Positions 27,535 to 42,053 are shown, counted from the first letter of the stretch. The stretch is 64,000 bases of DNA from Camelus ferus (GCF_009834535.1 NC_045697.1:114702001-114766000); one strand, 5' to 3'. A program made the numbers and translations. The notes: generated from the letters alone by a model not told the origin.

Positions 27535-28545
27535 ACTCCAGAGCTCTGCTTTCTCTGTATGCTCACCTGGATGACCTCAGCTGGACAATTTTTTGATTAG
27601 CACATATAAACCCAAGAACTCCAAATCCATGTCAGAATTCTGTCCTTTGAGCCAAAGCCCATCTGGCATCTTCCACTGAGATGTCTCATTAAAAGCTGAA
27701 ATAAATATGTTTAAATCTGAAGACGATCTTTACCCCCAAATGTCCCTCTCCCTGTAAGTGTCATGTTTGTGAATCGCCCTGTTTCTGCAGTCAGCCAAGC
27801 CAGAGACGCAGAAACCTGGACTCCTCCCCTGTCACCCGTCTGGTCATCCAGTCAGCCTGAGAAATCTCCTCTTTATTAAATTTGGCATCTCTCGTCTTCT
27901 CTTTTTTCCCACTGTCCCAGTTCTGTTATTCTCCCCACTATTTCTGCCTAAATATCCAGATTTGATTCCCAATTGCACTTCTCGCTTTTATTTTCACCAA
28001 CTTTCCACCGTGCTCCACACCCACCAAAATCAAACACCCACATGCTTTAAAACTTCAATAGCAAATACATCCTCTGTAAGTGCTTCCTTTAGAACATAAA
28101 GCCTTTTATAATTTGGCTGGGGTCTCCTCCCCACGCCTCACTTCCCATCGCCTACCCTAACCCCTCCCTCTTTCCTCTCTATTTGTCCCAGAAGAACGTC
28201 CCCCGTCATTTTGTACCTCCCCAGACATTGCGTATGCACTTTCTTCTACCTGGAACACGCTTCTCCCCTACTTCATCCAACTGCTGCCAGTCCATCTTTC
28301 AGAGCGTCTCCTCCAGTGACTCACCTTGACCAGGTCTGGTGGTAGACTGGCCCTCCCTTCCCGAGCACACAGTGTGCAGTGCGTACCATTATTGCCCAAC
28401 ATACATCACACTGTCCTGCACCCACTGTTCCTCTCTGGGATATCATATCCCTTAAGTCAGGATCTGTCTTCTTTAACCTTCTATCTACTTAGCACCTAGC
28501 ATAGTGTCTGGCAGAGAATAGGGGTTTTAACATAAATGCTATAGG
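27535..28545 (+). mobile_element. L2 LINE 3' region
   Basis: C/T-rich L2-like body ending in 'tagcacctagcatagtgtctggca...taaatgct'. Confidence 0.75.
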
Positions 28546-28719
28546 TTAGAGGCTGATTTCCCTATGTTTTATGTTAAAAACAACAACAACCAAACCTGAG
28601 TCTCACAGAAGTTAGTGATGTGGCCAGGGTCACAATGCAAATGAATCAAAGAGACTAGTTTGATCTTAATTTTCTCTGGGACACAAAATCCTTACCTGTG
28701 TACTATTATATACCAAGAA

Positions 28720-29105
28720 TTAAAGTGAAGTAAGTCAGACAGAGAGAAACAAATATCATATGATATCACTTATATGTAGGGTCTAAAAAAGATACAAATG
28801 AATTGATTTACAAAACAGAAACAGACTCACAAGAAAATGAAATTATGGTTATCAAAGAGGAAAGAGGGGAGGGATAAATTAGGAGTTTCAGGTCAACAGA
28901 TATGCACTACTGTATATAAAATAGATAAACAACAAGGTCCTACTGTATAGCACAGGGAACTATATTCAATATTTTATAGTAACTTACAATGAAAAATAAT
29001 ATGCAAAATAATATATATGTATAACTGAATCGCTTTCCTGTACAACAGAAACTAACACATTTTAACTCAATTATACGTTAATAAAAATAAATAAATGAAT
29101 AAAAA
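28720..29105 (+). mobile_element. L1 3'UTR fragment
   Basis: 'aagtgaagtaagtcagacagag...caacaaggtcctactgtatagcacagggaactatattcaa' followed by an A-rich tail. Confidence 0.9.
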
Positions 29106-30344
29106 CAAAGTAATTTGTCTAATTACAATGAATATTATTTCTACACTTACTAGAATTTGGCTATTTAAAATGTCATAATATTTAGCTGTTACTTATTTTG
29201 TATGAAGAAAACTCACACTCATCTTTAATAAAGTTGCGTGTGTCACACCTCCGGGTTTTTTCTCTACCACACTCACATGATACAAAGTGTATAACATGTT
29301 TTTTATTTGTTTCTCTTACCATATTTAATATTGAAAGAAAAAATTGGACAGAAATATTTACCTGTGTTTTATTCTGACACATAAATATACAATTGATACC
29401 AATATTCCAGGCATACACTGCTCACTTAGAACTGTTATGTGGGGGGGATTAAATCACTTTTGTAAAATGTTATGATTATTGAGTGTTAAAGTTTTCTTTG
29501 CAATTACTGTCTTGGTGACTATCAGCTTCCTTTTTCTAATGACTTATTTCAGCAGTGAATGCAAATGTTTTGAGGGTTAAAAATAATTTTTCCTTTTTGA
29601 TTTTTTTTAGCTCTGCAGTTAAAATGTGTAAACTAAGTCCTGCTGTCATATAGACTTCTTGGTCAATTTTTCTGCAACTGAAAAACTGGCCTTATAAACC
29701 CTCTCTGCACAGGCTTTTCTGAGCATCTTCTGAGATTATATCAGTTATTTTTTAGAGTGCTCTCATTCCTTATTTAGGTATTTGAATGTGATATCTTTAT
29801 CCACTCAGAACTGCTCTAAAACTATACTCTGGCTGATTTATTATGCGGTGCTGCTGGCTTAAATATATTCATTTATGCACAATTTTTCTTTCAGTAAAGA
29901 TTTAACGTTGATGTGTTCATAGTAAATATTCTCTAATATCATTAATTTTTTAAAAACACCACTACCATTGTTTTGATCAACAGAGTCAAAAAACAGATAA
30001 ATAATTTTCTGAGGTATTTCAGGAGATTTTATGGAATTCAGTAAGTGTATTTTTTAACGTTTGACTGCATTTAGAAGCAAGAAATAATTTTATATGAAAA
30101 CATTAATCATAAATAAGAGAGTAACTGCAAAACATTGTTTAAAGGAATATGATCAAAAGTAAATCTTTGTATGCCAACTTCAAAGCTAAGTTCGAATAGA
30201 TTTCAGAAATGTTTGAACTGCTTTTTGGTTCTGTCAGCTTGGACTGATTAAAAAAATTAATGTATGTGAGAATACAAGACAACGTTGGTAGAGAAATTAA
30301 ATCCTAGTAGGAGGAAGAGTAGGTGGTAAAAAGATAAAGAGGGT

Positions 30345-30504
30345 AGCAGAGGGAACTAAGTTCAATTATCTTGTAATAACTTTTAATGAAAAAGAATATG
30401 AAAACGAATCTATGTATGTATATGCATGACTGGGACATTGTGCTGTACACCAGAGATTGACACATTGTAACTGATGGTACTTCAATTTAAAAAAAAAAAA
30501 AAAA
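30345..30504 (+). mobile_element. Short L1 3'-end with poly(A)
   Basis: Matches the 3' ends of the L1 copies at 21800-21986 and 60030-60170. Poly(A) at about 30489-30504, with a degenerate TSD 'aaaag(a/g)taaaga'. Confidence 0.85.
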
Positions 30505-30649
30505 GGTAAAGAAGGGCTTTACTTTCATTTTGTACGTAATGTTAGATGAGTGGTTTGTGGGTAATGAGTAGAAGTAACCTCTGAAGTATACAAATAGCAC
30601 CAGGAGATCCTTGACTTTGTGTCACCATCTTTTTTTCTTCCAGAAAAGA

Positions 30650-30972
30650 CATAACGGGCATAAGGCATCATGTAAGTTTAAGGCGTAAACATCATGATTT
30701 GATATATGTATATATTGCAAAGCGATCACCACAATAAAGGTAACACATCCATCACCTCACAAAGTTACAATTTTGTGGTGAGAACTTTTAAAAACTACTC
30801 TCTTAGCAACTTTCAAATAGAGTACCATTAACTAGAGTCGCCAAGCTGTTTATTACATCCCCAGGACTTACTCATCCTGCAGATGAACGTTTGTACCCTT
30901 TGACCACCTTCACCCATAATTACCACCCCTCCTCATCACCCCCGCAACCTTGATAACCACCAATCTGTTCTT
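30650..30972 (-). mobile_element. L1MA-like 3'UTR fragment
   Basis: 'catccatcacctcac...gtggtgagaact...ctactctcttagcaactttcaa'. Confidence 0.75.
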
Positions 30973-31367
30973 TAGCCTTTTTCACAGTTAGATGTGTCCA
31001 TACGTTTTAATTTGATGCATTGAATTTGAATCAAATGTTGTGTGTACCTTTCGGTTTAATTAAGTATGATAGAAATTACATTCTGTCTCCCCATCCTTCC
31101 AAATATTGACAGACAAAAGCATCTAAGTTGAGTTTTACTCCAAAGACCAAGTGGATGTGTGTGTTCTGCCATCTTAAATATGTCGTTTGGCTTCCAGCTC
31201 TAGGTCTTAGTCCATGGAAGTCAAAAGAGAAAGCTTAGGACAAGCACACATCTGTCCCCCTCATTCTGCTGGTCTCATTGCAGGCACAATGCCACATCTA
31301 AGGGACAGGAACTGTAGTCTTTGCTTTGGCGTCTACATTACCAACTACACAACTCAGGGGATTTTAT

Positions 31368-31550
31368 AAATATAATAAACAACAAAGACTTACTATATAG
31401 CACAAGGTACTATAGTCAATAGCTTATAGTAACTATAATGGAAAAGAATCTGGAAAAGAATATGTATATATATATATCAAACTGAATCACTTTGCTGTAC
31501 ACCTGAAACTAACACAACATAGTAAACCAACTATACTTCAATTTAAAATA
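31368..31550 (+). mobile_element. L1 3'UTR fragment
   Basis: 'ataaacaacaaagacttactatatagcacaag...gctgtacacctgaaactaacacaac'. Confidence 0.85.
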
Positions 31551-33058
31551 GGGTCTAGGGAGAAATCAGCCCTCCAGCCAGTGTAGTATTCCTGCATTCC
31601 ACTTTTTTCCCACAAGTAGAGCTATTTTTCCACCCATCCCAAGGCTGAACTCCTCATGCCCCCTCTGCACTATATCCGCCCGCTTTCTAAGATCTCTTGG
31701 GATGTGTCCTAAGCACTCTCTTTCAGCTCATGTTGTGGCTACTTTGGCAATGATGACTTAAAAAAAAATACCTGCCCAAAATACAATAATGGAGCAAAAA
31801 TATAATTTCCGTTTGGAAAAAGGAATCATGTTGCAGTCGTTGTAAATAGTCAATGTGCTTTAATAAAAGGTCCCAAATATCTAAGGGCTACGTTTACATG
31901 TTGCCTTTATCAGAAGCATGGTCCGTCCACAGCCTGGCGGAGGGTCTGTGCACTCACTCACACAGGTGCTCTGACATCTTTAGCACGTGGTCCTACAAGG
32001 TCAACCTGAGATAAACCACATCAGAAAGCCAAGAGGTGGGAAGACCTTGGAGGAAGTCGTGCCAGCCTGAGACACGGCACTCAGCACTTCTGCTTGTATT
32101 TCATGGAACTAAACAAGGAAACATGACTTTAAAACAAGAACTAAAAGTTAAATTGTCTGTCCCAAGTGGTAAAGGCATCATGAGTGCTCATTATTAATCT
32201 CTATATTTTCCTGATTTCTCCCAAATTGACTTGAGTTCCCACGTTACAGATTCTGGACAATTAGAGAAAATTGATCAACATCGTGGGGGTGAGTTTTCTA
32301 TCTCCCCTTTGCAATCACCTGCCACTGCATCTCTGCCGTGGTCTTTGACAGAGCTGCGTAATGAGTTCTTGACTCATTTAATCGCCCAGAGTGTGGGAAT
32401 AGTTTTGGGGGTGTGCATGCATAGTTTTCTGGGTGTGATATTGGTGGTATGATAATATGTGTAGGGTTAACTCTATGGAATTCTTTCTAAAATTGTGCAA
32501 AGTCAGAGGTTTGGATTCTAAATTTTGAGACTCTAAGGAGATCACATCCCTGCAGTGAAAGAGGGAAAGGCTGAGATTGCTGACCAGACCAAGGTTACCC
32601 AGGCAATAGGGTGTCTCCTTTTCAAACGTAGGTCTGGATGGATTCAAGATCAAACTTTTTTTTTCATTTTTTATTTTACTGTCTTTGGGGTCTTATAAAA
32701 GAAATAAGACCATGATAAAATAAACATAAAATAAATTGTAAATATTGGTAATAAAATAAGAGAGAAATTAGGTAATGATCCCCAGTAAAAATCAGCAAGC
32801 ATACCCTTTGACTCACACCTTAAATTCCAACAATTGATCAGACGAGAAGTGACTGCAAATGTCAACATAGACTGAAATCCTTTATACAGTAGAAAGTCTT
32901 TGCTGTGTTATTTAGATACAACAAATGATCATGTGAACATTTTCTCTGTAATTTAAGTATCAGATTAAATGTGAAAATACATAGAAAATTAATTAAGAGT
33001 ACATCTGAATTAGTTTTAGATTTCACTTACAAGCAACATAACACAACTCAGTCACACA

Positions 33059-33094
<36 letters not shown>
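33059..33094. repeat. (CAT)12 microsatellite
   Basis: Twelve perfect CAT units. This repeat explains the poly-Met ORF at 33023-33211. Confidence 0.95.
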
Positions 33095-33099
33095 AACTA

Positions 33100-34030
33100 G
33101 GAGAGGTCCTGGATAGACAATTTTCCAAAAAAAAAAAAAAAAAAAGGCCAACAGGTGTATGAAAAGGTGCTCAACATTACTAGTCATCAGGGAAATGTAA
33201 ATCAAAACCACAATGAAATATTAGTTCACACCTGCTAGGATGGCTAGTATCAAAAAGACAACAACAAAAAAACAAGCATTGAGGAGGATGTGGAGAAAAG
33301 GGAACCCTATAAACCTGTGCACAGTTGATGGGGATGTAAACTGGTACAGATACCACAGAAAACAATATGGAAGTTCCTCAAAAAGTTAAAATTAGAGTTA
33401 CTATCTGACCCCAGCAATTTCACTTCCAGCTACACATCCAAAGGAACTAAACTTGGTAACTCAAAGAACTAATGGTTCCCCATGATCATTTCAGCATTAT
33501 TCATAATAGCCCAGGCGTGGAAACAACCTGGGCATATACATATATATGAATCTACATAGATACATCATATGATTCAATCTCAGAAAAAGAAAGAGATGAT
33601 GCCATTTGCAACAACATGGATGAAGCCGGAGGACTAAGCAGGAAGAAACGATTGCCTGATCTCACTTATATGTGGAATCTGAAAAAAATACACCGAGGCA
33701 GGGGGTGGAATGGTGGTTTTCAGGGGAGAGGCAGTGGGAGAAATGGGGAGATGTTGGTTTAAGAGCACAAAGTTGCAGCTACGTAGGATGGGTAAGTATT
33801 TAATGCACAGTATGTTGCCTACGATTGGTGATACTGTACTGAATACTGGGAATTTGCTGAGATAGTAGACTCAGGTGCTCCCACTCCAAAAAAAGGCAAC
33901 TGGGAGACGGTATGTCAGTTGGCTTAACTGTAATAATCATTTCACTATGTACATGTATATCAGTACATGAAGTTGTACACCTTAAATATATACAAATTTT
34001 ATTTGAAAATAAAATTAAAAACAAAACAAA
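33100..34030 (+). mobile_element. L1MA-like LINE, ORF2 end plus 3'UTR
   Basis: 'ggccaacaggtgtatgaaaaggtgctcaacattactagtcatcagggaaatg' through 'gtacaccttaaatatatacaa' and an A-rich end. Confidence 0.9.
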
Positions 34031-36146
34031 ACCATGACATCTTGGAATCCATCATTGCCAATAAATATTTTCTTGTACACAATACTACTATATATTATAT
34101 TTAATATACTATATATAATATATTATTAAAATAGGAAACAAAAGAAGAATGCACAGGAATAGAGAAGATGATCCAATCTTTATTTTAAACACTCAGCAGA
34201 AAAGGTTTATGATCTATTTGAGGAAAAATTGTTTGGGCGGTAATTTAGAGCAAATTACATCAGATGTGTGTTGAATATTCAGATCAGTACGATTAGCATG
34301 CAAGATTCAGCACCAGATCTCTTTAGACTTCTCTCCTGTCTATAATCACATGCTCCAAATCCCATTTCCTTCCCCATTTCGTCTTCCTCAAGCTGTCCTT
34401 CTTTCCCATCAACCTGCTACAAAGCACAGGATTTCACTTCAGTTAGTATTTTACTCATAACTTGGTGCACATGGAGTTTCTCTAGCTTTTTCAGCAACAA
34501 ATCAATGACATTTGTCCAAAAGTCGATCAAAATTTTGAGTTTTGCCTGTATTATTTACAGAAGCGACACCCATAGTTCTTATACCATGAATTTATGATCT
34601 CCATAACTGAAGGATACAACTTATGAAAAATATAAAGACAATATATTTGCAAAATATATTCAACGAGGATCCATAAATCCTATTAAAATACATTTAGCAT
34701 CATTGTTTACAAATCTCTACCAAGTTTCTTTATTTTACATAACATACTTTTAAATATTCCTGTAATAAGAACTAATTTATTAGAAAAAATAGGTATCATT
34801 TAACTTTTAACAACTGACTTTGAATAGAAATATTTTAAAACAATGCAAATATCTAGTCTGTCGTAGTGAATATTTGCAAGGCAGTAACATTTTGAATAGA
34901 TTCCATGCAGCTCAGGCAATAAATTACATATTAATCTACTATAAATTCTCAAAAAGTCACTATTATGTCTTTTGAAAATCAGTATCAATGATATTTGCAA
35001 TTTCCATAAATGACTAAAACCAATAGAATATAATGTGCTTATAGTAGAAAGACAAAATAATGTAAAAATAACATCTTCTGAGGTACTAAATGGAAAATGC
35101 CAGCACTTAATCTTCAACTAAAAGTGGTATTAATGGAAAAAAGGTGATTACAACTACACTTCTAAGATTTTGAAACATATTTTGATTCCACAACAGATAT
35201 GAGTGAAGTATTTGAATATAAATTAATATAATCATATGACTATATATTTTTGGAATTTGCAAAATGTCAGCCCCTACTAAGAATATCTAAAGAAACTAGC
35301 ATAACCAAGTCACATTTAATAAAACGTAAGCCACATTAAAACTAACAAAAAACAGTTACAAAAATCAGAGTAATTCTGCTTCATTTTCTAGTGGATGTTA
35401 AGGTATTCCATTATTTCATGTTGCTCAATTCAAGTATCATTATATCTTCATATTTTGTATTTTCATTTTTTCCATCCAATCAAGTGACTTTCAGAACAGT
35501 TTTCTCCCACTCATCTTCCTCTCTCTTCCCTTTATGTCCTTTATTTTAACATTGCTCTCTCCCAGAAGCACAGATTATAAATTTGGAATGTCCATTTTTT
35601 ATTTGTCAAATGTGATATCCTGTGGCTTAAATAATAGGTATACTGTAAGAGTAAAAAAATCATATATATGCATATATGTATAATACTTTTATTTCATTAC
35701 TGTTAAGTGTAATTAAATTGTATGCATATATGAGTGTAGACATATACCTACACAGACATATATATGGATATATATGCACATATATATTATATACATATAT
35801 ATGGAGAGAGAAAGGGAAGAGATAATAACCCCACTCTTCTGACTCTACTCATAAGGACCCTCGTTTATTCAGGAGCTAATTTTTTTGACTATTGTGGATT
35901 TTTTTTTTTTAATAAACTGCTCTTCCACTTCCCAGAAAATGTGTCTGATACAAACTCCCCTGCCAAACAAATATGCTTATACTGTTTCTACATTCTCTCC
36001 TTTTCAGTGCTTCATTTAACTTTCTCTTCAAGGACTTTGTTCCGTGTACTGTTTTCTATAGGTTGTTACATGTTAGCACAGCAGGGTGGAAAAAGTTCTG
36101 GTTCTTCTGCTCCAGTTTTAGCACTAAAAGTGCTAAATCTGGGCGT

Positions 36147-36223
36147 TGGGGGGTTAAGTATAGTTCCGTGGTGGAGCGCATAATAACCATGCAACTTAGA
36201 GTACAAATTTAAAAAAAAAAAAA
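36147..36223 (+). mobile_element. Possible short, diverged vic-1-like SINE head with poly(A)
   Basis: 'ggggg..agtatagttccgtggtggagcgcat..catgca' resembles the SINE A-box region and is followed by an A-run. No B box. Confidence 0.45.
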
Positions 36224-36609
36224 TCCTTTCCAGAATTTAAAAAATTCTGTTTTTGGATGATGAGTTTGGAAGTCTGGGGGAAAAGTACAGAACCCATATA
36301 ACTGCCCCCAGATAGAAGCTAAAAACAATACCCTTTTCAGTGTCAAACGGATGTGACAGAGATGATCTGCCTTCCACAGTCCCTGTTACTGCTTTTTCTT
36401 TGACCCCTGATCTTGGAAGCCATGATCTGTTGTTTCCAGCAACGGATGCTGAGAATCTTTGCTCACTCTAATTTACAGGACCATGTGAGCAACTGAAGTG
36501 TGTTGTAATTTTGAGCATTAACGTTCCATCATTGACTTGGTCCATGGATTAACAGTAATGCTTTGTATCATGCGAATGCTAGATTAATTTTTAACAACGT
36601 GTATATTTT

Positions 36610-37087
36610 TATTACCGAAGGCAAGTTCGTGTGCCCACTGCACTATGAGGCCAAACAAACTGAAACCTGGAAGTTTGGAGCAGAGAAGGATTTATTGCAG
36701 GGCCAAGCAAGGAGGACGGGGTGGCTCATGCCCAGGAAAAACCCTGAACTCCCTGAAGGGTTTCAGCAAAGCCTATTTAAAGCCCAGGTGATGGAGAGGA
36801 TTGCAGGGTGCCTGATCAGCTCATGGACAATCATTTCCGATTGGCTGATGTGGAGGTAACATGGCAGTCAACACCATCAACCCTTAGGTGCCAGAGGGTC
36901 TGGAGGCTATGGTTCTTGATCATCAAATAGTTAATTTCTTCCCTTTGGTGGTGGTTTTAAGCATCTGAAACACTCAGGAAATACACACGAGGTACTATTA
37001 TCTGGGTGCTTCAGGAAGGATCTGCAGCAGAGGATATGGGGGAGGGGTCTGACCCTGGAAGGCCCCATAGGATTCAGCTTAGTTACA
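36610..37087 (-). mobile_element. ERV1-class solo LTR (cetartiodactyl lineage)
   Basis: About 480 bp running 'tattaccgaa...gttaca' and flanked by TTTT on both sides. It carries minus-strand AATAAA (~36692), a TATA-like site (~36775) and CCAAT (~36840) in LTR order. Confidence 0.8.
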
Positions 37088-37490
37088 TTTTGATTCTTTT
37101 TTCTGAGTTAAGATAATGAAAATGAATGATTCTCAACACTGACACCAGGATGACTCAAGCATCACCAGAAAGAGGGCAAAACAACTGTGTCACACTAATG
37201 GCAGATGGAAGGACGTATCCAACTCTGTGAGGGAGGAAAATAACCCCAACTGAGTGTATTGGACAATCCACAGAGCAGAATGTGTCACTGGACCTAGGAA
37301 AGCAGAGCATATGAAAGTCCATGTGGAGACAGAAAGGCACAAATCCAGGAGGAGACACAAAAACATTTCTAAATCAATCGAAAGACTTTCCATCTCCCCA
37401 AAAGATATCAACTGTTTGTCCAAAACAGTGGCTGCTGAGTTAGTTTGGGCATACCACAGGAACCAATAAATATTTATCATATTTGATTGG

Positions 37491-37588
37491 ATGAGGTCCT
37501 GGGTTCAATCCCCAGTATCTCCATTAAATAAATAAAATGAACAATTAAACCTGATTACCTCCCCTTCAAAATAAATAAAATAAATAAC
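37491..37588 (+). mobile_element. 5'-truncated vic-1-like SINE
   Basis: 'gaggtcctgggttcaatccccagtatctccatt...aaacctgattacctcccc' plus an A-rich tail. Confidence 0.85.
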
Positions 37589-38228
37589 AGAATTTTATAC
37601 TATTATGGTCATATTTAATTTGTCTCCTACTCCTTTCATAGGTTGTCTTGAAGACAGTAGCAGTTGTAGTGATGGGGTAATTGTGATACTGCTTTTTGTT
37701 GACCTTATAAAATCTTCTTCGGGGACTATTTTTATGATGCCTTCATTGTATGTTCGGCTGCCTCAGTCACGCTTTCTCACGTACTGCCTTTGTTTATTGC
37801 CCTTCTGAGAGACTCCTCTTTCAATCCTCATTCTTGAACTAAAACTTTACTCTCTACCCTGCAATTGTGCTGTCATCTTGGGACTGACTGATAGGAAGAG
37901 GCACTGTTACCTGGTGTCTAAGACTGTTTCTTCCTTGTTTACAGTCGCAGTGTGCCAGAGTACATTCTCAAATAATTTCTTAACAAAGGCAGATGCAAGA
38001 GAAACTTTCTAAATAATAATATATCTGCCTTGTTTAAACTCCTCCCTCAGGGCCGTTAATTTTTCTGCTTTTAACTGGTAGAAAATCACTTTACCCATAA
38101 AGTTAAAATCACCACCGCTGTGTCTTTTAGCAGCCATGTCAGAGTTAAATCCATTGCCAAGCTGGTTTGTATATTTTTCCCGAAAATGTGTTTTCTGTGT
38201 TGTCTTGTTTTGATCTAATTTTATTCTT

Positions 38229-38592
38229 TTTTTGAAGGTTATAAATGTTTTCGTTTATTATTCCATTTATTATTTTATTCATTCCCTATACATATTAATT
38301 TATACTTTAGAAATAAACGTGTTAGTTTATTAACTTTCACAAAACTAATATTAAAATAAATTGTTTACAGATTCTTAACATTATTAACTCAATAGATTCT
38401 ATTTTTATTTATTTTTTTATTGAAGTATAGTCCATTTACAATGTTTTATTAATTTCTGGTGACACAGCACAATACTTCAGCCATACATATATACATTCTT
38501 TTGCATATTTTTTTCATTATAGGCTATTACAGGGTATTGAATATAGTTCCCTGTGCTGTACAGTAGGACCTTGCTGTTTATTTTCTATATAG
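38229..38592 (-). mobile_element. Truncated L1 carrying a ~170-bp 3' transduction, bounded by an 18-bp TSD
   Basis: TGATCTAATTTTATTCTT at 38211-38228 and 38593-38610. The L1 3' end occupies about 38402-38592 only. Confidence 0.8.
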
Positions 38593-40811
38593 TGATCTAA
38601 TTTTATTCTTCTGAATCATCACTAAGTACTCAGTGAGCCATTTAGATTTGAATGCTTCACATTTCTCAGTTCTGGGCACATGGAGGTAAAGGAGAAATAA
38701 ACTTAAACTTAAGTCATAGCAGTAGATTTAATCAATATCAGTTTGTAAATTTAAGTTACAAACACTTAACTGGAGTTTTGAAGACTAATTTTAACACAAA
38801 GCAGCTCAGACTTTAGGGACACTAAGATCCAGAGAGTAGCAAAAAGAAAGAAAGAAACTGATGCACAGGAGAAATTTATAAATATATCAGGAGTACCAAA
38901 GATGCATGATCTCTTAAGAGGAGGAAAGAGAAATTTATAAGTAATAGGTGACCTGTGGCACCAAATGCTTCAGAAGAATTAGGGAAAAGAACAATGCAAA
39001 AGATTGGATATTTTTTTTTTGTAAACTTCAGGACACCTGTGTATAAAGTAATATAAGGGTGGAAGTCAAATAGAAGAGTAAAAAATAAGGAACACATGAA
39101 CGTTCTGATGAAACCTCATTTCAAGGAGTTTTAATGAGATCAACTAGTTACTAGGAGATACGCAAGTTAATCATTTAAAAAATATTGAGCAACTTGAGAT
39201 ATTTAAAGATATAAAGGAAGGAACACTTTACAAGAGCTTGAACATGTTAGAAGTTAAAATCACATTCATATGGCCAAAGCCCGGATCAGAGATGAGATAT
39301 GATCTCATGCTAATTTTACAAATGGTACCTGTGTGTTTACTGCGATACTGAGAAGAGATCAGGATGTGTGCAAAACTCAGGTTTTTCTATTCAGTGCGAA
39401 GCAAGTTATATTATTAGATGGAAGGTGGGTGGGAGTTGGGAACTTTAATCCTTGTGAGATAACATCTGTGGATCACAAACTGTAGAGTAAATTAGAGATA
39501 AGGGGTGGGTTTGAATAACTATTCGACTTCAGGAGAGATTATTATAAAACATACACAGAGATTCAATCAGTTTTCCAGTCAAGCTAGTCTAAATAACTAA
39601 AAGTTGTATCTTTGTTCTATAAGCTCCAATAAGTAGACTTACATATTAACTAATTGAAACTATAAATCTCCAGCCTTTCTTTGATTACTTCTACTCTGGG
39701 GAAAATGGAATAATCTATAACAAAGGATTGACCTACAAATTCTAAAGCAAATTAACCTTTGGGAAAACGTATCATGATTTCTTTAATTAAAATAATGAGA
39801 AATCTAAGAATAATAGCATTTAGATCTTTCCTATTTAAACAGAAACTTGTTTGCACCCAAACAGCTAATCAAAAGGCAAACTATAACTGTACTTTCAAAA
39901 AGTCCATCATTGTGCCTCTATGCTAAGATGACTGAAATTTATGACCCTTAAAAAATGACTAAATTTAGACACGGGTAAATTTGACATTTGCCAAAAATGA
40001 TGGCCTCTGTAGAATGTCAATGTTAAATTTTCTTGAACTGCATTCATATATATGTGCAGGAGATTTTATTTTATAAAAATAAGATTTTATTTTACAATCT
40101 TAGCTTTTTTTTTTTTTTACCAATTATTTTTCCTCCTCATGCTCAAAATTTTGAAAATTTTGGAGTGTTTAAATTTTACCCTTATTTATTTATTTATTTA
40201 TTTTTTGGACTTCAAGCATCACAAAGCTTTTTAGTGACTAGATATGATGTTGGTGACACACTGTGTTTAGATGATATAATCAAAGAGTTTAGATGTTGAA
40301 ATTGTGGTTATAATACTATCAGAAGAGTATGACATGGATGAATAGGACAAACACTTTGGTTTCAACACTGGTTTCAGTGAATATTGATGAAGAAAACACA
40401 AGGAAGGAGATAGGAAGTGGATGTAAAACTTCTACTTTTACTTGTCCCAAACATTTTGTAAGGCAAGATAAAGGCAATAAATAGATGATATGAATGGCAA
40501 AAATAATCATGGAGTAAACTGACAGTTACAACACTGGACTATGATGTAAAATGAGAAATAAAAAGATATTTTGAAGTTTCATAAAATATTGAAATTTTTT
40601 GTGTTGGCAACCATGTTAGAGCTATTTAAAATCCTGTTAAGCAGATGTAAAATACACGTGTGTAGTCAAGTCTCATTTCTGAGGAATGGAGTGAGTGACA
40701 ACAAACACTATGAATTGGAAATTTCTGGGGATCTTCCAAGGAGGTGAATTTAAAGTCTTCCAAAAGGGAGATGCAAACAGACCCAATGTAGTGTTAAGAA
40801 TGAATCCCCAG

Positions 40812-40996
40812 GGGGGAGGGTACAGCTCAGTGGCAGAGGGTATGCTTAGCAGGCACAAGGTCCTGGGTTCAATCCCCAGTACTTCCATTAAAAGAATTAC
40901 ATAAGTAGATAAACCTAATTGCCTCCCCTCCAAAACAAAAATTTTTTTAAATATTAAAAGAAAAAAAGAAAAAAAAAAGAAAAAGAGAAAAAAAAA
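40812..40996 (+). mobile_element. Full-length vic-1-like SINE with 16-bp TSD
   Basis: AAGAATGAATCCCCAG at 40796-40811 and 40997-41012. A box 'agctcagtggcag', B box 'ggttcaatccc', long A-rich tail. Confidence 0.95.
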
Positions 40997-42053
40997 AAGA
41001 ATGAATCCCCAGTTGGCCCAACCAATGAACTTAGCATTACGGTTATCTACACACACAGTTATAGTTTGTACAGTTATAGTTTGCCTTTTGATTAGCTGTT
41101 TGGGTGCAAGCAAGTTTCTGTTTAAATCCCAGTACCATTCATGGATACCAGTGGAAACCACATCTGTGAACATGACCTTTCTTGACACTTAATACGCCAT
41201 TAACCTTAGATAAAGACAGATAATAGACTGAATCCTATTTCCAGGCAGCTTTGCCCACAATCTCAACAAATAATGTAGGAATGCTTTCTCCTTAAAAATT
41301 TTAAACCCACTCTATTTTATTTTAATTAACAAAAGTTATTTTAACACTGTGAACGTTTGTCTATGGTCTCTTCCATTTTTCACTTGCATTTACTGAAAAT
41401 ATGTAGAGAGAAAAGATGCTTCTTGCTTTTCAAGGTAAAACTTCATGGGGAACTGCATCATGGGTAATAAAAAACATATCATTTATGGAAGGAAAATAAA
41501 TCTCTCTCTCAGGATAGCCATGGACATTCATGTAATGCATGGCAGAAACAGGAAAATGCTGATATGAAGAGGTTAGTGCTGTGCTGGTCTTTCCACATGA
41601 TCCATCGTCTTAGGCTTGTAGTCTCTCACCTTCCATCCTTAGTGTCAGACAGTTATCAGGTGACAAAAATATGTGGGCATTGAAAAAAATTGCATGTGCA
41701 CACTGAGTGTTGTATCTCTTATTACTGACCTCTGAAATTACTGTATCAGTCTGATCATTTTTCATCACTGTGTGGTATTCTGAATAAAATTTACTTTAAT
41801 TAATGGAAAAGAGACTAGGTTGCTCAATTTAAGAAAAGGCTCATGAAAGAGGGTGGAGGCAGAAAGAGGAAAAACACTCTTATGAGATGAGATGGAAATT
41901 GTTGAGTTGGGATTTAGATATATGAGAAGCTTCAGAAGACATGTGTCAAGAAAATTGGATAGAAAGGGAAATTTTGGAAAATGTTGATATGGATTTTGAA
42001 TTAAATATCTTTTAGTAATCTTTCATAGATTCAGAATATATAATATAACTCTG

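Noticed and set aside
40812..40885. tRNA-like sequence with A and B boxes
   Set aside because: It is a SINE head followed by an A-rich tail and flanked by a TSD, so not a tRNA gene. The same applies to the other copies.
40673..41188. 171-aa minus ORF
   Set aside because: It reads through an antisense SINE and its T-tract (poly-Phe).
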